This document shows, piece by piece, positions 6,992-10,715 of a stretch of 10,715 nucleotides of DNA. The stretch comes from a bacterium (lineage in GTDB: Bacteria; Zhuqueibacterota; Zhuqueibacteria; Oceanimicrobiales; Oceanimicrobiaceae), in contig JBHHYI010000140.1 of assembly GCA_046757525.1 (NCBI GenBank), positions 1 to 10,715 on the forward strand. Reading direction: 5' to 3'. The notes under the pieces were generated by a model. It saw only the letters and a list, made by a program, of their open reading frames with translations, was not told where the DNA came from and did no database searches. Made by a program: the position numbers and the translations under genes. The first letter of the stretch is position 1. Each line of letters starts with the position of its first letter.

Positions 6992-8275
6992 TCAACGCTC
7001 AGCTTCCAAATGGCGAACCGGACACGGTTGAGCCTCACGTTGGAATTCACAGTCGCCCCAGTAAAAGCATTTTTCGGAACAAACGGGCGCATTCTCGGAC
7101 CGGTTCGCCTCGGGGTAGAATTTGGCTTTCCGGATGATTTGCTTGCGCCACTGGCGTCTTTCAAAGATTTCTTTCAGTCCTTTCTTGCCCAGAAGCTTCA
7201 CGCGTAGTAACGCTGCCAGGTCCTGAGAGGCCTGGCATTTGGGATCAAAGATTAGAAACGGTTTCATCCGGATCACAGAATCCCGCACTTGCTGGTCGAA
7301 TGAGATGTAGCCCAAATAGGTCACGTCCACGGCCAGGAGCTCTTTTGCTGCCACCTGAATGGCCATGCCTTCGGAGATTTCTTCAGAATCTGCCACCTTG
7401 TTCAAAATGAGCCTGGGGCGAAACATTCTTAACACGGATTCAAAGATGACGCAGGCCTGAGGATCGGCGCGGGCCACCTGGTCGAGCAAGTCTGATACGG
7501 TCAAATGAATCTGACCCGGTCGGTTTGTCTTTTCTTTCTCTATGATTTCCAGGGCATTGGGATGGTATTTGAGGGCTCTGGTCAAGGTTCTAAACAAGCA
7601 AACTTTGATGAAACCAAAAGCTTCGTGAATCGCTGCTGGTTCAGTAGACGCCACCAGAATTTGTTCATCCGCCAACAGGAAAAAATCGATTTCATTAAAA
7701 GCGGTGCCGGCCCCCAGGTCCATAATGATATGATCGGCAGACAGTTTTTTGAGGTGGTTAATAAAACGCTGTTTTTGGTTGTATTTAGGGTTGGACATGC
7801 CCAGGGCGCCACAAGCACCGCTCATAAAGCTCAAGTTCTCAATTGGCGTCTCTAAAAGAACTTCGCTTAGATGTTTTTTGCGCCCAACCAGAAAGTCGAA
7901 ATAGGTTAGGTGCGGCTGCAAGACGCCCATGCAGGTGTGCAAGTTGGCCCCGCCCAGGTCGGCATCGACTAATATGACTTTCCTACCTAACATCGCCAAC
8001 CCTACGCCCAAAGAAGCGGCGATGACGGTTTTGCCAACCCCACCCTTGCCGCTGGCGATGGCGTAGAGGCGGCCGGCCCTCTCGCCATTGCTGCCGGCAG
8101 AGGCAAATAGACTGTTTAAGTCAGAAATATCTTCAGCGGGAATCCAACGGTTGGAGACTTCGTGCCACACCAGGTCTTGTTGGCCAAACACGCCCTGGTC
8201 CACAAGCGTCCGGAGCTCTTTTGTTGAGACCGGGCCAATCTTGTTGTCGTTAACTTTTACAATTAAGTCATCCAT
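6992..8275 (-). CDS. GYF_2(DUF4339)-like domain + MinD/FlhG-family P-loop ATPase + Cys4 tail (paralog 1, 427 aa)
   Basis: N-terminal GPVSTKELRTLVDQGVFGQQDLVWHEVSNRWIPAEDISDL (GYF_2 pattern GPxSxxEL...LVW...W). Deviant Walker A ASGKGGVGKT, DADLGGANLH, DLGAG (FlhG-like) and LILNK. C-terminal CSEKCFYWGDCEFQREAQPC. Confidence 0.88.
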   Translation of the reverse strand: MDDLIVKVNDNKIGPVSTKELRTLVDQGVFGQQDLVWHEVSNRWIPAEDISDLNSLFASAGSNGERAGRLYAIASGKGGVGKTVIAASLGVGLAMLGRKVILVDADLGGANLHTCMGVLQPHLTYFDFLVGRKKHLSEVLLETPIENLSFMSGACGALGMSNPKYNQKQRFINHLKKLSADHIIMDLGAGTAFNEIDFFLLADEQILVASTEPAAIHEAFGFIKVCLFRTLTRALKYHPNALEIIEKEKTNRPGQIHLTVSDLLDQVARADPQACVIFESVLRMFRPRLILNKVADSEEISEGMAIQVAAKELLAVDVTYLGYISFDQQVRDSVIRMKPFLIFDPKCQASQDLAALLRVKLLGKKGLKEIFERRQWRKQIIRKAKFYPEANRSENAPVCSEKCFYWGDCEFQREAQPCPVRHLEAER

Positions 8276-8330
8276 CGTACGACTCTGTCATTAATAACTT
8301 AATCGTAATGTTTTGCTAAATCTTAACCTT

Positions 8331-9617
8331 TCAGTCTTTAAAAGCGGGTTCCAGGTGGCGCACTCGACACGGTTGCCCGCCGTCCTGGTATTCGCAGTCG
8401 CCCCAGTAAAAACAGTTTACCGAACAAATCGGGGCTCCTTTTAGCAGATCGGCATCCGGGTATTCCCTGGCAACCTGTTTCACGTTTTTCTTCCATTTTC
8501 GACGTTCAAGAATTTCTTTGAATCCCTTTTTGCCCAGAAGTTTCACCCGAATCAAAGCCGCCAAGTCCTGGGCCGCTTGGCTTTTGGGATCGTGCACGAG
8601 AAACGGCTTCAGGCCCTTCACAGCAGCGCTGACTTTTTCATCGTAGGAAATATAGCCTAAATAGTCTACCTGAATCGACAGCAGCTCTCTTGCCGCCGCC
8701 TGGATGGCCTGGCCTTCTTTGATTTCCTCACGGTCCTTGACCAAATTGACGATGAGTTTGGGCCTGAAGGTGTCTAAGACCGACTTGAAAATAGGAACCG
8801 CGGCCGGATCGGTGCTTTCGATTTGAAACAACAAATCGGCAACGGTGAACTGAATGCGGCCAGGCCGATTGACCTCTTCTTGAGAGAGTATTTCCAGCGC
8901 ACTGGGATGGCCTTTGAGCTGTTGGTGCAGCATCCTGAGCAGACAAATCTTGATGAAGCCAAACGCCTCGTGCACCGCTGTTGGTTCCGGCGAAACGATC
9001 AATATTTTTTCGTCCGCCAACAGGAAAAAGTCGATCACATTGTAGGAAGAACCGGCCCCGAGGTCGAGAATCACGTATTGCGCCTGCAAGTTTTTGAACT
9101 CTCGGATGATCCGCTGCTTCTGGAAATACCTGGGGTTGGCTAACCCCAACGTGCCGCACGCCCCGCTAATGATCCCTAAGTTCTCGATGGGAGTCTTGAT
9201 GACGATGTCGTTGAGCGAATCGCATTGCAGCGTGTAAAAATCGAAGAAGCTGAATTTGGGTTCCAGGATGCCCATACAGGTGTGTAGATCCGGACCGCCC
9301 AGATCGGCGTCGACCAGGATCACGTCGCTGCCCATGGAGGCCAAAGCCACGCCCAGGGAGCAGGTCGTGATGGTTTTGCCCACCCCGCCTTTGCCACTGG
9401 CAATGGCGTAGATCTTGCTTTTGGTGCTGTTGCCGTTTTGATTCTTGAACAGCTCATTTAATTCCGCGACACTACCCGCAGCAACCCAGGAGTCGGTCGC
9501 TGCGTTCCAGACTAAGTCTTCATTGGAGAACGCCCCCTGTTTTACCAGTTCTCTGAGTTCCAGTAAGGACACAGGGCCAAATTCTTTCTCCCCGACTTTT
9601 ATGTATCGGTTTTCCAT
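8331..9617 (-). CDS. GYF_2(DUF4339)-like domain + MinD/FlhG-family P-loop ATPase + Cys4 tail (paralog 2, 428 aa)
   Basis: FGPVSLLELRELVKQGAFSNEDLVWNAATDSWVAAGSVAEL, ASGKGGVGKT, DADLGGPDLH, DLGAGSSYNVIDFF, PEPT, and C-terminal CSVNCFYWGDCEYQDGGQPC. Collinear with paralog 1. GAGG RBS upstream. Confidence 0.88.
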   Translation of the reverse strand: MENRYIKVGEKEFGPVSLLELRELVKQGAFSNEDLVWNAATDSWVAAGSVAELNELFKNQNGNSTKSKIYAIASGKGGVGKTITTCSLGVALASMGSDVILVDADLGGPDLHTCMGILEPKFSFFDFYTLQCDSLNDIVIKTPIENLGIISGACGTLGLANPRYFQKQRIIREFKNLQAQYVILDLGAGSSYNVIDFFLLADEKILIVSPEPTAVHEAFGFIKICLLRMLHQQLKGHPSALEILSQEEVNRPGRIQFTVADLLFQIESTDPAAVPIFKSVLDTFRPKLIVNLVKDREEIKEGQAIQAAARELLSIQVDYLGYISYDEKVSAAVKGLKPFLVHDPKSQAAQDLAALIRVKLLGKKGFKEILERRKWKKNVKQVAREYPDADLLKGAPICSVNCFYWGDCEYQDGGQPCRVRHLEPAFKD

Positions 9618-9668
9618 GATTCATTGCCTCGAATTGTGATTGGTGCAATTTATTTTAAAGTTGGCACA

Positions 9669-10715
9669 TTAGTTGTCATCGTTTCGCAACAGCTTTTTCT
9701 TGACCAGAGCTGCTATTTCTTTGGCTGCCTTGCTCTTGGGAGCGTGCAAGAGGATTGGCGTCAAGGCCATGACCGCTTCCCTCACTTGGGGATCATAGGA
9801 AACATGACCTACCAATTTCATTTGCAGAGACAGCAGTTTTTTGGCTGCGGCTTGAATTGCCCTCCCTTCTTTAATATCTGCACTTTCTCTAACCATATTT
9901 AGAATAAGACGCGGTTTGAACGATTTTAATACGGAATTAATGATTTCGACGGCCTGCTTATCTACTTTTGCAACTTTGGATTTTAGATCGTTTATCGTAT
10001 GATTCATATTTCTATGGAAGAAAGCCTCTTGTTTTGCGAGGATGCTGAGCGCGTCCGGATGACGCTTCTTAAGCTTGCGAAAAAAGGCGCGCCACAAACA
10101 CACCTTGATGAAACCAAAGGCTTCGTAGACAGAGGTCGGTTCAGGGACTGTAATCAAAAACGGCCTGTCTGCCAGCAGAAAAAAGTCGATGACGTCAAAA
10201 GAAGTGCCAGCCCCCAGATCTATGATAATATAATCCGCATGCAAGGTTTTGAGTTCTCGGATGAAGCGTTGTTTGTGTTTGTATTTGGGATTGGCCAAAC
10301 CCAACGAACCGCAGGCCCCGCTGATGATTTTTAAGTTCTTGACGGGTGTTTCCAGCAAGATGTCATTCAAAGAATCCTTTTGCAGCGTGTAAAAATCAAA
10401 AAAGCTGTACTTTGGTTCCAGGATGCCCAGGCTGGTGTGCAGATCCGGGCCGGCCAGATCTCCGTCGATGATCACCACTTCGTGGCCCAAGTTAGCCAAT
10501 TGTATGCCGATGGAGGTGCTCAAAACGGTTTTGCCCACGCCTCCTTTGCCACTGGCCACCGCGAATATTTGCCTGCGGGAAAAAACCTCATTGCCTTCTA
10601 AACGCTCGAAAACCGGCATTAATTCGGCGTAGCTTTCCGCGCATACCCAATCTTCTTTTTTGTCGTTCCAGATCAGGTCCTTGCGAGAAACATGCCCCTG
10701 TTTTACAAATGTCTT
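9669..10715 (-). CDS. GYF_2(DUF4339)-like domain + MinD/FlhG-family P-loop ATPase without the C-terminal tail (paralog 3, 5'-truncated by the window edge)
   Basis: The frame stays open upstream of the track start at 10619 to the window end, adding KTFVKQGHVSRKDLIWNDKKEDWVCAESYAEL, which matches the GYF-like region of paralogs 1 and 2. Then ASGKGGVGKT, DGDLAGPDLH, DLGAGTSFDVIDFF and PEPT. Ends at LVKKKLLRNDDN. Confidence 0.87.
   Translation of the reverse strand, partial: KTFVKQGHVSRKDLIWNDKKEDWVCAESYAELMPVFERLEGNEVFSRRQIFAVASGKGGVGKTVLSTSIGIQLANLGHEVVIIDGDLAGPDLHTSLGILEPKYSFFDFYTLQKDSLNDILLETPVKNLKIISGACGSLGLANPKYKHKQRFIRELKTLHADYIIIDLGAGTSFDVIDFFLLADRPFLITVPEPTSVYEAFGFIKVCLWRAFFRKLKKRHPDALSILAKQEAFFHRNMNHTINDLKSKVAKVDKQAVEIINSVLKSFKPRLILNMVRESADIKEGRAIQAAAKKLLSLQMKLVGHVSYDPQVREAVMALTPILLHAPKSKAAKEIAALVKKKLLRNDDN

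Noticed and set aside
6992..9617. Mrp/ApbC/Nbp35 Fe-S carrier assignment for the Cys-tailed ATPases
   Set aside because: They lack the DxPPGTGD and ENMS...CPxC signatures and have FlhG-like DLGAG instead.
1582..10632. Remaining plus-strand and off-frame ORFs (e.g. 4618-5130, 7505-7855, 8728-9159, 9999-10334)
   Set aside because: All overlap well-supported minus-strand genes; their mutual similarity only mirrors the paralogous ATPases.
6992..10715. Triplication as an assembly artefact or pseudogene decay
   Set aside because: The copies are clearly diverged at DNA and protein level, with intact frames and conserved motifs.
1..10715. CRISPR arrays, tRNA/rRNA genes, transposases or defence genes
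   Set aside because: No regularly spaced repeats, RNA gene signatures or mobile-element motifs were seen, and the intergenic gaps are short.

Overview
Bacterial chromosomal window (about 50% GC by eye) with every credible gene on the minus strand. In transcription order: (i) a tandem array of at least three paralogous MinD/FlhG-family ATPases, each with an N-terminal GYF_2/DUF4339-like domain. Two also carry a MinD-like membrane-targeting helix followed by a Cx3Cx5Cx8C tail, and the third runs off the right edge. (ii) An intrinsic terminator overlapping a sigma70-type promoter, followed by a complete tolQ-tolR-tolA-tolB-pal-cpoB operon. (iii) A second promoter and a long hairpin leader preceding a CcmH-like protein with a vicinal-Cys (APCCW) motif and a cytochrome c-FTR1 iron permease fusion that runs off the left edge and is missing from the ORF track. 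The Tol-Pal block is ordinary housekeeping. The GYF-MinD ATPase array is the most unusual element. All family assignments are by motif recognition, not by database search.
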